Part shown: positions 20,581 through 30,970 of the stretch, one piece after another
Layout of the letters: each line of letters starts with the position of its first letter
How positions within the stretch are numbered: position 1 is the stretch's first letter
Assembly: GCA_965219575.1 (NCBI GenBank)
Contig: OZ244779.1
Location: 1,388,769-1,452,768 of the forward strand
Direction of reading: 5' to 3'
Length of the DNA stretch: 64,000 bases
Source: Candidatus Oxydemutatoraceae bacterium
GTDB taxonomy: Bacteria > Pseudomonadota > Gammaproteobacteria > Poriferisulfidales > Oxydemutatoraceae
The notes under the pieces: model-generated
The model's input: the letters and a program-made list of their open reading frames with translations, nothing else
Database searches by the model: none
What the model was told of the DNA's origin: nothing
Translations under genes and position numbers: made by a program

Positions 20581-20596
20581 GTTATGAGGACGCCAA

Positions 20597-22027
20597 TTAT
20601 CGTTTACGCGGTTTGCCGGTATAAAGTTCGGTGACCGTGCCCAGTGCAAGTTCTGCAGTTTGTGATATTGTTTCCGCATAAGTGGGGTGGGGGTGTATGC
20701 TCAACGAGATATCGTAGAGATCGCTATCCATCTCGAGTGCCAAGGTTATTTCTGCAATCAGTTCGTCGGCACCTGCACCGCAAACGGCACCACCCAATAA
20801 TTTCTTGTTTTCGCTATGATAGATTAGCTTACTCAAACCGTCGCCCCGTTTCATGCCGAGTGCGCGTCCACTCGCTCGCCACGGAAATACTGCGCTTTGA
20901 TAATCTATTCCCGCTTTGCGCGCGGTTTTTTCGGTCATGCCGACCCATGCCAATTCGGGATCGCTGTAGATAACCCAAGGAACGGCTTTGTCGGTGAAGG
21001 AAACTCGCATCCCGGCGGCGTGTTCGGCTGCAATTTTACCTTGATGCGATGCTTTATGGGCGAGCATCGGATTGCCGATCACATCACCGACGGCATAAAT
21101 ATCGGCTACATTAGTGCGCATACATTCGTCAACTACGATATAACCGTTATCGTCGGTTAGCAAACCGATAACATCGAGCCCCAGCATGTCGCTGTTCGGT
21201 AATCGCCCGGTGCTGATTAAAACGGCATCGAAGCGGCGCGTGATAACGGTATCCGGTGTTTTAATTTCGGCAAGCAAGCGGTTTTTATCGTTTTCGATTT
21301 TGCTAATTCGGGCTTGCATGTAGATTGCATCACAAATGTCGGTCAATCGGCTTAGTAACGGTTTACCGATATCGGTATCGCACATCTCGAGTAATTGCGG
21401 TTGGAGTTCGACAATTTCAACCGCCGACCCGAGGCCTTGATAGATAAAAGCGTTTTCTATGCCGATGATACCGCCACCTACAATCAATAACCGCTTAGGA
21501 ACATGCTTTATGTTTAGGGCATCGCCCGAATACATAAGTTGTGTGCCATCTGTTATACTTTCTATACGACGGTTGCGGGAGCCGGTTGCAATAATCACTT
21601 TATCAAAGCCTATAGTTTTTGATGACTCGGCCAGCTTTAATTCGTGTTCGGAATGGAAGCAGGCCGTATCGTGTATTACTCGAATGTGTCGTTGTTCGGC
21701 AAGTTTGGCAAGCCCTTTGTTCAAACGAGCGATGACCGAATCCTTGAATTGCATCAATTCTTTTGGTTTGATTTCGGGACAACCAAAGACAATGCCTTGC
21801 TCTTTTAATCCTTGTGCGGCTCTAATCACGGCACTCGTATGGAGCAATGTTTTAGACGGGATACAACCGACATTCAAGCATACGCCACCCAATACCGGAT
21901 AACGCTCGATAAGCGTAACCTCAAAGCCCAAGTCGGCAGCTCTGAACGCTGCGCTGTAGCCGCCGGGTCCGCCGCCGATAACGACTAGATGTTCACTGCC
22001 CTGTTGTTTAGTAGAAGTTGCAGCCAT
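20597..22027 (-). CDS. lpdA: Dihydrolipoamide dehydrogenase
   Basis: GGGPGGY, GGVCLNVGCIPSK redox disulfide, HPHPT. Confidence 0.95.
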   Translation of the reverse strand: MAATSTKQQGSEHLVVIGGGPGGYSAAFRAADLGFEVTLIERYPVLGGVCLNVGCIPSKTLLHTSAVIRAAQGLKEQGIVFGCPEIKPKELMQFKDSVIARLNKGLAKLAEQRHIRVIHDTACFHSEHELKLAESSKTIGFDKVIIATGSRNRRIESITDGTQLMYSGDALNIKHVPKRLLIVGGGIIGIENAFIYQGLGSAVEIVELQPQLLEMCDTDIGKPLLSRLTDICDAIYMQARISKIENDKNRLLAEIKTPDTVITRRFDAVLISTGRLPNSDMLGLDVIGLLTDDNGYIVVDECMRTNVADIYAVGDVIGNPMLAHKASHQGKIAAEHAAGMRVSFTDKAVPWVIYSDPELAWVGMTEKTARKAGIDYQSAVFPWRASGRALGMKRGDGLSKLIYHSENKKLLGGAVCGAGADELIAEITLALEMDSDLYDISLSIHPHPTYAETISQTAELALGTVTELYTGKPRKR

Positions 22028-22033
22028 TATCTC

Positions 22034-23299
22034 CTAATTGAAAATATCGGGTTTAGATAATAACGCTTTGTAATGATTAAGAAAATTAACTGCGGCAACA
22101 CCGTTATTCAAGCGATGGTCGTAGCATAGATGCAACGGTAGCATGGGTCTGGGCACGAATTGTTCGCCATCCCAGACCGGCGTGATGCGGGTACGGCTAA
22201 TACCCAGAATTGCCGCTTCGGGTGCGTTGATTATCGGTGTAAATGCACCACTGTCAAGACCGCCTAGATTGCTGATGGTGATGCAACCTCCGGACATATC
22301 GTCGGCACTCAATTTGCCTGCTTTGGCCCGTTCTGCAAGCTGTTTGAGTTCGCTGTTTATAGTTTTGATATCTTTTTGATCTACATCTCGTATCACCGGT
22401 ACGAATAAGCCATGCTCGGTATCAACCGCAAAGCCGATGTGATAATAATCTCTAAGCAACAGGGTTCTAGAGTTTTCCAAAGAAGCATTAAAGCGAGGAA
22501 ACTCTCTTAACGAGTGTGCCAATGCTTTGATTAGAAAAGGCAATAATGTGGTCTTGTTTGATTTTTTAGCTCCGTTAAAGTGTTGCTTGCGGTAGTCTTC
22601 CAATTCACTTATATCGACTTCGCCGTGTTGCCATACATGCGGGATGGTTTGCCATGTGCTTTGCAAATGCTCGGCGGTTGCGCGTTGTACTCTACCGATA
22701 TCTTCGCTCCGTGTATTGCCGAAACGTTTGTAGTCAACTCGTTTTGTTGCCGATGTGCTTTGCACCGCCGATGAAACCGCAGTGCGAAAGTATTGGGCAA
22801 CATCCGCTCTGGTAATCCGTTCTTTAGCACCGGTGCCGGCAACCGCCGAAAGCCTAACACCGAGCTCACGCGCAAAACGTCTCACCGAAGGGCTTGCACG
22901 CAGTGCCGTTGTATCTTTTGCAGCGGCATTATCATCGGTTTGTGGTTGTATAGTAGGCGCTTCTTTATCTACAGCTCGAGTTTGCGGTGCCACTCGGGTT
23001 GGTGTCGTGTCTTCGCTCAGTGTTGCAGATTCGGGTTCCCGAGTCTCGGCTTGCTTCGTGTCCGATACTGTTTCCAGTGTAACCAACAGGGTATCGGTTT
23101 TAACCGCCTCGCCTACTTTTACATGTATATCTCTAATCACTCCCGATTTGGGAGACGGGATTTCCATCGACGCTTTTTCACTTTCCAAAGTCACGATACT
23201 ATCGTCGGCATTTACGGTATCGCCGAGCGCAACCAATATCTCGCTGATTTCAACAAGATCGAAGTCGTCTACATTCGGTACGGTTATTTGTGATTCCAT
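22034..23299 (-). CDS. aceF: Pyruvate dehydrogenase E2 acetyltransferase (single lipoyl domain)
   Basis: LESEKASMEIPS lipoyl motif, ASPSVRRFARE, FTPIINAPE, YDHR. Confidence 0.9.
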   Translation of the reverse strand: MESQITVPNVDDFDLVEISEILVALGDTVNADDSIVTLESEKASMEIPSPKSGVIRDIHVKVGEAVKTDTLLVTLETVSDTKQAETREPESATLSEDTTPTRVAPQTRAVDKEAPTIQPQTDDNAAAKDTTALRASPSVRRFARELGVRLSAVAGTGAKERITRADVAQYFRTAVSSAVQSTSATKRVDYKRFGNTRSEDIGRVQRATAEHLQSTWQTIPHVWQHGEVDISELEDYRKQHFNGAKKSNKTTLLPFLIKALAHSLREFPRFNASLENSRTLLLRDYYHIGFAVDTEHGLFVPVIRDVDQKDIKTINSELKQLAERAKAGKLSADDMSGGCITISNLGGLDSGAFTPIINAPEAAILGISRTRITPVWDGEQFVPRPMLPLHLCYDHRLNNGVAAVNFLNHYKALLSKPDIFN

Positions 23300-23388
23300 A
23301 GTAATATCCGTTATCGTTCGATTATCATCAATTATAACGCAGGCATTTATTAATTCTGAAGAACTTGGATTATGGTTGCCATCCGTCT

Positions 23389-26034
23389 CTAATGTTTTGC
23401 GGGATTTTCGGTATCGGAATCGATTTGATATTTTTTTATTGCCGAAGCCGATATATCGGGCGGTAGTTTTTCGTTGTCGGCCAGAGCTTGCAATGCAGTT
23501 AATACGATATGGTATCTATCTACTTCGAAGAAGCGTCGTAGTTGCTCGCGAGTATCCGAGCGTCCGTAGCCGTCGGTTCCCAGAGTGTAGTAGGGTGCGG
23601 GAATGTATGCGCGTATTTGTTCGGCGTAGCCGTGCATGTAGTCGCTGGCAGCGACGACGGGGATATCCGCTTGAGGTAGACATTGGGTGACATAAGGTGT
23701 ACTTTTATCGGCCAGCGGATGCAATCTATTTCGGCGCACCGCATCGTATCCGTCGCGAGACAATTCGGTGAAGCTGGTGACACTATAGACTTCGGCTTCT
23801 ATATCCCAATCGTTTTGCAGTAGTGCTTGTGCGGCGATACACTCTCGCAAAATTGCACCACTACCCAATAGACGAACTCGAGGCTGAGACGATGGTTTAA
23901 GGCAATAGATACCACGAATAATCTGCGCAGTGACATTCGCGGGCATCTCGGGATGTTCGTAGTTTTCGTTCATCACGGTGATATAGAAGAAGACATTCTC
24001 CTGTTTGCCGACCATACGTTTCAATCCGTGATGAATAATTACCGCAAGTTCATAAGCAAAGCAAGGGTCGTAGCTAATACAGTTGGGTATGACTGCGGCT
24101 TGTAAATGACTTTGTCCGTCTTGATGTTGCAAGCCTTCGCCGGCTAAGGTGGTGCGTCCCGATGTTGCGCCGATTAAAAAGCCGCGTGCCTCCATATCGC
24201 CTGCTGCCCAGGCGAGATCACCGATGCGCTGAAAACCGAATATCGAATAGAATATATAAAAAGGCACCATGTTCAAGCTATGCTCGCTGTACGAAGTTGC
24301 CGCAGCGATCCACGATGAAAAAGCACCCGCCTCGCAGATAGATTCTTCCAGTATCTGTCCCGATTTATCTTCTTTGTAATACATGATTTCATCTATATCT
24401 TCCGGTTCGTAAAGTTGTCCGATCGACGAATAAATACCCAGCGTGCGAAACATTCCTTCCATACCGAAAGTACGCGCTTCGTCGGGAACAATCGGTACTA
24501 CATAACGCCCGAATTGTCGATCTCTGCACAGCAAAGTTAAGATGCGTACGAAAGCCATCGTCGTAGAAAAGGCTTTGGATGTCGGTTTGAGCAAAGCGGA
24601 GAGACTATCCAGACTCGGGTAGGGTAGCGGTGAGGCTTTGCGCAGATGACTTCTTTGTGGCATGAAGCCGCCGAGCTTCGTGCGATGTTCATACAGATAA
24701 TGATATTCGTCGCTATCCTTCGACAAAGTGATATACTCCAGATTTTCTACTTGTCTGTCGGTGAGCGGCAAATTAAAGCGATCGCGCATCATTTTTAACG
24801 GTTCTATGTCCATCTTCTTTTGCTGATGCGAGCGGTTTTGTCCTTCGCCCGACTCTCCCATGCCGTAACCTTTGACCGTTTTGGCTAAAATTACGGTGGG
24901 ATGTTCTTTGTGATTGACCGCCTTATGATAGGCTGCATAGACTTTATTGGGGTCGTGTCCGCCTCGGTTCAATTTCCATAAATCCAGATCGGATAAGTCG
25001 GAAACCATATCGAGCAACTGCGGGTATTTGCCGAAAAAATGTTTGCGTATATAAGAACCTCCCTTCGCTTTGTAGTTTTGATAATAGCCGTCTATTACTT
25101 CTCCCATTCTTTTCACCAATAGACCCTCCTTATCTTTTTGCAATAAAGGCTCCCAATAAGATCCCCAAATGACTTTGATAACATTCCAACCCGACCCTCT
25201 GAAGATAGCTTCCAGTTCTTGAATGATTTTGCCGTTGCCGCGCACCGGTCCGTCCAATCGTTGCAAATTGCAGTTGATAACAAAAGTCAAGTTATCGAGC
25301 TTCTCACGACCGGCGAGAGAAATAGCTCCCAATGACTCGGGTTCGTCCATCTCGCCGTCTCCTAGAAATACCCAAACTCGTCGTCCTTTGCATGTTGCAA
25401 GTTTGCGGTTTTCCAAATAGTGCATGAAGCGCGCTTGGTAAATTCCCATGATCGACGAGAGGCCCATAGAGACGGTCGGGAATTGCCAAAAATCGGGCAT
25501 CAATTTAGGATGTGGATAGGAGGATAAACCCTGTTCGCCGATTTCAAAACGAAATCCGTTGAGCTGCTTCTCGGAGAGGCGCCCCTCTAGGAATGCCCGC
25601 GCATAAATACCCGGTGAACTGTGCCCTTGAATGAACAATAAATCGCTACCGTCGGGATGGTCGGGTCCTTTGAAGAAATGATTGAACCCCACATCGTAGA
25701 GTGTCGCTGCAGAAGCGAAGGTTGCGATATGTCCACCGATGCCTTTGTACTTTTTGTTGGCACGAATCACCATGACTGCGGCATTCCATCGTATCAACGA
25801 GCGAATACGGTGTTCTATCGCATTATCACCCGGACTTGCCGCCTGTTCGTCGGTCGGGATCGTGTTGACATAAGGGGTATTGGCGATAGTGCTCGGCGCA
25901 GAAATGCCTTGCGCTTGTGCATATTCATCTATACGTTTCAATAAATAAACGGCGCGTTGCTTGCCGGCTATTTCGTTAAGATCGTCGAGCGCATCGAGCC
26001 ATTCTCTGGTTTCTTGCGGGTCGCTGTCTATCAT
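23389..26034 (-). CDS. aceE: Pyruvate dehydrogenase E1 (homodimeric type)
   Basis: DSDPQETREW (probable start 26034), SSYPHP, GDGEMDEPES, GEGLQHQDG. Confidence 0.97.
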   Translation of the reverse strand: MIDSDPQETREWLDALDDLNEIAGKQRAVYLLKRIDEYAQAQGISAPSTIANTPYVNTIPTDEQAASPGDNAIEHRIRSLIRWNAAVMVIRANKKYKGIGGHIATFASAATLYDVGFNHFFKGPDHPDGSDLLFIQGHSSPGIYARAFLEGRLSEKQLNGFRFEIGEQGLSSYPHPKLMPDFWQFPTVSMGLSSIMGIYQARFMHYLENRKLATCKGRRVWVFLGDGEMDEPESLGAISLAGREKLDNLTFVINCNLQRLDGPVRGNGKIIQELEAIFRGSGWNVIKVIWGSYWEPLLQKDKEGLLVKRMGEVIDGYYQNYKAKGGSYIRKHFFGKYPQLLDMVSDLSDLDLWKLNRGGHDPNKVYAAYHKAVNHKEHPTVILAKTVKGYGMGESGEGQNRSHQQKKMDIEPLKMMRDRFNLPLTDRQVENLEYITLSKDSDEYHYLYEHRTKLGGFMPQRSHLRKASPLPYPSLDSLSALLKPTSKAFSTTMAFVRILTLLCRDRQFGRYVVPIVPDEARTFGMEGMFRTLGIYSSIGQLYEPEDIDEIMYYKEDKSGQILEESICEAGAFSSWIAAATSYSEHSLNMVPFYIFYSIFGFQRIGDLAWAAGDMEARGFLIGATSGRTTLAGEGLQHQDGQSHLQAAVIPNCISYDPCFAYELAVIIHHGLKRMVGKQENVFFYITVMNENYEHPEMPANVTAQIIRGIYCLKPSSQPRVRLLGSGAILRECIAAQALLQNDWDIEAEVYSVTSFTELSRDGYDAVRRNRLHPLADKSTPYVTQCLPQADIPVVAASDYMHGYAEQIRAYIPAPYYTLGTDGYGRSDTREQLRRFFEVDRYHIVLTALQALADNEKLPPDISASAIKKYQIDSDTENPAKH

Positions 26035-26042
26035 CGGCGGTA

Positions 26043-26834
26043 TCAGTTGCGGATGCGAACACCCCGCACCAGCAGCTGCAAGCAAATAGTCACCAAAACG
26101 ATTAAACAGCCGGCCAGAATAATCAGCGATCTGGAAACATTGACATCACTAAATCCCATGCTGGCGTGTCTGAATATATCTATCATATAAAAGATCGGAT
26201 TGAATAAAGTGATGTTGCGCCATACTTCGGGTAGTATTTCCACTGAATAAAAGACACCGCCTAGATAGGTCAGAGGCATCAAAATAAAAGTAGGAATGAT
26301 TGAAATGCCGTCGAAACTTCTGGCGTATATACCGTTGATCATGCCGGCGGTAGAAAATACCGCCGAAGTCAACAGCAACACGACGATTGTCAAACCGAAA
26401 TCGGGGAAGGGGAGCGTTGCAAAAGTTAAGGAGACTACCCAAACGACCAGACCGACGACTAGACCCCTTGCCATGCCGCCGACAATAAAGCCGATCATTA
26501 ATATATACGCCGGCATCGGTGAGATAAGCATTTCCTCTATATTTTTATGGAAGCGAGTGCTGTAGAACGAGGTGACAACATTACTGTAAGAATTGGTGAT
26601 TACCGACATCAGGATTAATCCCGGAATAATGTATTCCATATAGGTGTATCCTCCCATCCCGGAGAGCTGCCGACCCACCAATTCTCCGAAGATAACGCAA
26701 TACAGCATCGTCGTTATCGCCGGCGGTAGCAGAGTCTGTATCCAAATACGCATAAAACGTAATATCTCTCGTCTCAATAGGGTATAAAGCACAATCGCTA
26801 TATATTGCGGATATTCGGATTGAGATTGGTTCAC
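26043..26834 (-). CDS. yadH: ABC-2 permease, YadH-like
   Basis: RFMRIWIQTLLPP, YMEYIIPGLILMSVITNSY, YLGGVFYS; probable GTG start overlapping the ATPase stop. Confidence 0.85.
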   Translation of the reverse strand: MNQSQSEYPQYIAIVLYTLLRREILRFMRIWIQTLLPPAITTMLYCVIFGELVGRQLSGMGGYTYMEYIIPGLILMSVITNSYSNVVTSFYSTRFHKNIEEMLISPMPAYILMIGFIVGGMARGLVVGLVVWVVSLTFATLPFPDFGLTIVVLLLTSAVFSTAGMINGIYARSFDGISIIPTFILMPLTYLGGVFYSVEILPEVWRNITLFNPIFYMIDIFRHASMGFSDVNVSRSLIILAGCLIVLVTICLQLLVRGVRIRN

Positions 26835-27796
26835 TATGCGTGCCTCTCTATATCGGAATCGCTCAACGGTAAAGTATCGTGCTCGGATACTAATTTTAGA
26901 AACAACTCTTCCAATCGGTTGGAGGTATTGCGCAGACTCAATAAGCGAATGTTGTGGCGCGACAGCTCGGTAAATACTCGCGCCAAATCGGTATTGCAAC
27001 CGGTAATCACCTCTAAAGTATACGCATCGATCTGCTTTAAGGTCACCGAATCTATGGTCGGCATATTATCCGCAGTGATAGGTTCGGTTAGATAAAGGGT
27101 GAACGATTCCGAATCCGAGCTATTGAGTAAATTGCGCATCGTTGTATTGGCAATGATTTTTCCTTGATCGATGATGGCGATATTGCGGCATAATTTTTCG
27201 GCTTCCTCCAAGTAATGCGTGGTGAGTATAATCGTCGTACCCTGTTCGTTCAGTTCGCTTAGAAAGTGCCATATCATCCGTCTTATCTCTATATCGACAC
27301 CGGCAGTCGGTTCGTCCAGAATCAGTAGTTGAGGCTTATGTAGCATCGCACGGGCAATCATCAAACGTCGTTTCATTCCTCCCGAGAGATTGCGTGCTTC
27401 TTGATAACGCTTCTCCCATAAACCTAGGTCTTTAAGGTACTCTCCGGCGCGACTACGCGCTTTACGAGGCGGCACACCGTAATAACCTGCTTGGTTGACT
27501 AAAATTTCAATCACCGGTTCGAATTGATTAAAACTGAACTCTTGTGGCACCAGCCCGATATACTTTTTAGCTTTATTGAAATGTGTATCTATGTTGAGTC
27601 CGTATATATGTACTTCACCCGAAGTTTTCTTGATTAGTGAAGTAATGATACCGAGGGTTGTAGACTTGCCTGCACCGTTAGGACCTAGAAGGGCGAAAAA
27701 ATCACCGTGTTCTACGACTAGATTAACTTTGTCCAGAGCTATTTGTCCGTTCGGATAGATTTTGTCCAAATTTGAAATATGAAGAGCGGATTTCAT
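26834..27796 (-). CDS. yadG: ABC ATP-binding protein, YadG-like
   Basis: GPNGAGKST, LSGGMKRR, LDEPTAGVD, TTHYLEEAE. Confidence 0.9.
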   Translation of the reverse strand: MKSALHISNLDKIYPNGQIALDKVNLVVEHGDFFALLGPNGAGKSTTLGIITSLIKKTSGEVHIYGLNIDTHFNKAKKYIGLVPQEFSFNQFEPVIEILVNQAGYYGVPPRKARSRAGEYLKDLGLWEKRYQEARNLSGGMKRRLMIARAMLHKPQLLILDEPTAGVDIEIRRMIWHFLSELNEQGTTIILTTHYLEEAEKLCRNIAIIDQGKIIANTTMRNLLNSSDSESFTLYLTEPITADNMPTIDSVTLKQIDAYTLEVITGCNTDLARVFTELSRHNIRLLSLRNTSNRLEELFLKLVSEHDTLPLSDSDIERHA

Positions 27797-27867
27797 AACG
27801 CCTATTGTACGACATACAATGTCGATACGCTTTTGTTTAATCGTAAAACATTACATATAATAAGCCG

Positions 27868-28866
27868 ATGAATTTAAGCGAGCATAGACGTTTTTGTGTG
27901 GCACCGATGATGGCTTATACCGACCGCCATTTCCGCTATTTATTACGATTGATTAGCCGTCATGCGATGCTGTATACGGAAATGCTTAGCAGTCATGCAA
28001 TACTGAACGGTGATTGTAGTCGTTTATTGGGTTTTTCCGATCAGGAACATCCTTTGGCGTTGCAGGTCGGAGGGAGTTGTGCCGAAGATATGGCGCGTTG
28101 TGCCGAATATGCCGAGCAATACGGTTACGACGAGATTAACATCAACGCAGGATGCCCCAGCCCCAGAGTGGGCAAGGCACAATTCGGAGCTTGCTTGATG
28201 AAAACACCACAACGCATCGCAGACTGTGTCCACTTAATGTCGCAAGCGAGCAATTTACCCGTCAGTGTGAAGTGCAGAATCGGTGTTGACGATCACGACG
28301 GCTACGAACGGTTTTATCGTTTCGTAGCATGTATTGCCGATGCCGGTTGCAACATATTCATCGTCCATGCCCGTAAGGCACTGCTAGGCAAATTATCTCC
28401 CAAACAGAATAGAGAAATACCACCGCTCGAATACGAGTATGTCTATAGGCTCAAGCAAGCGCGTCCCGACTTGGAGATTATCTTGAACGGTGGCATAAAC
28501 GATATAGCTACTGCGTACCGAGAATTGGATATCGTAGACGGAGTGATGCTGGGCCGAGCGGTACAGAAAAATCCTTTTATACTACACGAAGTCGATGCAC
28601 TGTTTTATAATCGGCATACCGGTTATAAATCCCCGATAGATATTGCCGGAATGATGTTACTTTATATAGAATATCAAATCGGCAAAAACACATACAATAA
28701 AAAATTGTTACAAGCCGTGCAGAATTTATTTAAGGGACATAGGCACGCTAAAAAATGGAGACACCTACTGAGCGTAGAAGCGAATAGGATAGAAAAAAAT
28801 AAACTCGTCGGATGGTTGGACGAACAACTGAAATCATTCGAGGAGGAATTACTTGAAAATATATAA
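27868..28866 (+). CDS. dusA: tRNA-dihydrouridine synthase A
   Basis: VAPMM..TDRH, N.GCPS, VKCRIG, HARKA...LSPKQNREIPPL. Confidence 0.9.
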   Translation: MNLSEHRRFCVAPMMAYTDRHFRYLLRLISRHAMLYTEMLSSHAILNGDCSRLLGFSDQEHPLALQVGGSCAEDMARCAEYAEQYGYDEININAGCPSPRVGKAQFGACLMKTPQRIADCVHLMSQASNLPVSVKCRIGVDDHDGYERFYRFVACIADAGCNIFIVHARKALLGKLSPKQNREIPPLEYEYVYRLKQARPDLEIILNGGINDIATAYRELDIVDGVMLGRAVQKNPFILHEVDALFYNRHTGYKSPIDIAGMMLLYIEYQIGKNTYNKKLLQAVQNLFKGHRHAKKWRHLLSVEANRIEKNKLVGWLDEQLKSFEEELLENI

Positions 28867-28882
28867 GATTTAAGGATACGAA

Positions 28883-29665
28883 ATGAGTTTATGGGTACGG
28901 TTTGAACACCGAAATCAAATAAAAATAGGTTGCTTGGAAGGGCAGGAAATCAGACTTTGTGATACCGAGGATGACCATCCTTTCGGCACTCCGCCGCTCA
29001 CCGATCAAACCGTGCGTTTGGATAAAGTTACATTATTAACGCCGTGCACACCGAGTAAAATGATTGCATTGTGGAATAATTACGCCGCCCTTGCCGATAA
29101 AAATGAATTGCCTTATCCCGAGACACCTTTGTATTTATTCAAGCCTGCGAATACTTATGCCGGACCCGAGGCGATTATCAGATATCCTAGGTTTTACGAA
29201 GGTGAAGTTTTTTATGAGGGTGAACTCGGTATCGTTATCGGCAGGCTTGCGTGTAATCTTGAAAATCCTAAAGCCGGCAACGATGCGATATTCGGTTATA
29301 CCTGCATCAACGATGTGACCGCCTTCGATTTATTAAAAGAATACGCAGGCTTCGATCAATGGAGCCGTGCAAAAGGTTTTGACGGCTTCGGTATATTCGG
29401 TCCTGCGATTGCCACACAATTGGATTGGCGAGCACTCGAAATCATAACCCGTGTGAACGGTGCCGAAGTCCAGCATTACCCGGCAAAAGATATGATTTTT
29501 AATCCACCCGAGGTAGTTACCGCATTGTCGCGCAATATGACACTATATCCAGGGGATATTATCTGCTGCGGTACTTCGATCGGATTAGGTCCGATGCCGG
29601 TAGATTGCATTGTTGAAGTTGAAATCGCAGGTATCGGCCGTCTGACCAATAGAACCGCCGATTGA
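28883..29665 (+). CDS. Fumarylacetoacetate hydrolase family protein
   Basis: YEGELGIVIG, GYTCINDVT, RAKGFDGF, PGDII.CGT. Confidence 0.9.
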   Translation: MSLWVRFEHRNQIKIGCLEGQEIRLCDTEDDHPFGTPPLTDQTVRLDKVTLLTPCTPSKMIALWNNYAALADKNELPYPETPLYLFKPANTYAGPEAIIRYPRFYEGEVFYEGELGIVIGRLACNLENPKAGNDAIFGYTCINDVTAFDLLKEYAGFDQWSRAKGFDGFGIFGPAIATQLDWRALEIITRVNGAEVQHYPAKDMIFNPPEVVTALSRNMTLYPGDIICCGTSIGLGPMPVDCIVEVEIAGIGRLTNRTAD

Positions 29666-29788
29666 GCCGATAGGTCAATCGGCATAACTTCTTACAAAAT
29701 CTAAATATTGTGTCCATAATTCATTCCCCTCCTGTGGAGGGGTGGCAGGCGCAATATAAACGGTAGAGTGGGAGTTGTTGAAAAAGTG

Positions 29789-29819
29789 CGTCGCTTGCTC
29801 TATAGAGGAGCAAGCGACG
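29789..29819 (-). terminator. Hairpin downstream of pstS (probable terminator)
   Basis: CGTCGCTTGCTC-N7-GAGCAAGCGACG perfect inverted repeat, followed on the minus strand by a T tract. Confidence 0.7.
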
Positions 29820-29832
29820 GAATTTATTATTG

Positions 29833-30879
29833 TTATAAGGTTGCCGAGAGAATTTCTAGATTGTTTACCGCATCCATGACGGATTCGTGTTCGGCCGGAC
29901 CCATCGGTATTAAGCCTCTCTCTATTAGATAGCCTTCCGGACCGGTTGCCTCGGGATTGATAAACGCTTTAGCGTATTCGGCAACACCCGGGATAACGCC
30001 TACATGTTGTTTTTTCACATAGAAATACAATGCCCTGGATATCGGATAGCTACCGTCGGAGATGGTCTCGAATACCGGGGACACATCGCCGATTAAAGCA
30101 CCCTGTACGAGATCCATATTCTGCTCGAGGAAACTAAATCCGAAGATTCCGAAAGCATCGGGATTGACGCTGAGTTTCTGCACGATGAGGTTATCGTTTT
30201 CACCGGCTTCTACATAAGCACCGTCTTCGCGAATGCTGTGGCAACGTGCTTTGTATGTAGTTTTATCGACGGACTTCATTGCTTTGATCCACTCGTAATT
30301 TTTGCAACCCCCTTCCATTCCGAGTTCTACGAAAGCATCACGGGTACCCGAAGTAGGCGGAGGACCTAGCACCATAATCTCGGTTTCGGGGAGGTCTGCA
30401 TTGACATCGCTCCACATTTTATGAGGATTGGGCACGAACGACTCCGAACCGTCCGGGTTGGGGATGTCTTTGGCAAGTGCCAAGTAAATATCCTTAAGCT
30501 CAACTTTCATCGTATCGGCTTTTTTAGAATTAGCCAACACGATGCCGTCGTAGCCTACTTTAACCTCTATAATTTGGTCGACACCGTTTTCACGACAACT
30601 ATCAACCTCGCTTTGTTTGATTCGGCGAGATGCGTTGGTGATGTCCGGTGTTTGTACCCCGAGTCCCGAGCAGAAAAGTTTCAAGCCACCGCCCGAACCG
30701 GTTGATTCTATTTTGGGGGTTTTGAAACTAGTGGTTTGACCGAAATGCTCGGCGACTACGGTTGCGAATGGATAGACCGTTGAAGAGCCGACGATGGAGA
30801 TTTGCTCTCTTGCATCGGCAATGCCGATACTCAGAACGAAAAATCCAGCGAGGGCAAGGTAAGATTGAAATTTTTTCAT
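29833..30879 (-). CDS. pstS: Phosphate ABC transporter substrate-binding protein
   Basis: GSSTVYPF, ESTGSGGG, GPPPTSGTRDAF, YPISRALYFYVK; signal peptide. Confidence 0.9.
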   Translation of the reverse strand: MKKFQSYLALAGFFVLSIGIADAREQISIVGSSTVYPFATVVAEHFGQTTSFKTPKIESTGSGGGLKLFCSGLGVQTPDITNASRRIKQSEVDSCRENGVDQIIEVKVGYDGIVLANSKKADTMKVELKDIYLALAKDIPNPDGSESFVPNPHKMWSDVNADLPETEIMVLGPPPTSGTRDAFVELGMEGGCKNYEWIKAMKSVDKTTYKARCHSIREDGAYVEAGENDNLIVQKLSVNPDAFGIFGFSFLEQNMDLVQGALIGDVSPVFETISDGSYPISRALYFYVKKQHVGVIPGVAEYAKAFINPEATGPEGYLIERGLIPMGPAEHESVMDAVNNLEILSATL

Positions 30880-30952
30880 TCCATACTCCTGAATAGTTAA
30901 TCAAATTATTGCTAGGGATAATCCTGCAATGCCACTATAATGATGCGAAAAT

Positions 30953-30970
30953 ATGACAGGAATATGTAAA
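30953..30970 (-). promoter_or_regulatory. Putative Pho box upstream of pstS
   Basis: Minus strand TTTACAT-attc-CTGTCAT (11-bp period) followed by a TATAGT -10-like hexamer. Confidence 0.5.

Noticed and set aside
20588-20595. GGACGCCA duplicate of the tRNA-Glu 3' end as an att site
   Set aside because: Only 8 bp long, 7 bp from the tRNA, with no integrase or cargo; cannot be distinguished from chance or an old scar.
22755-23690. 311-aa plus-strand ORF
   Set aside because: Antisense to aceF/aceE, with no recognisable motif.
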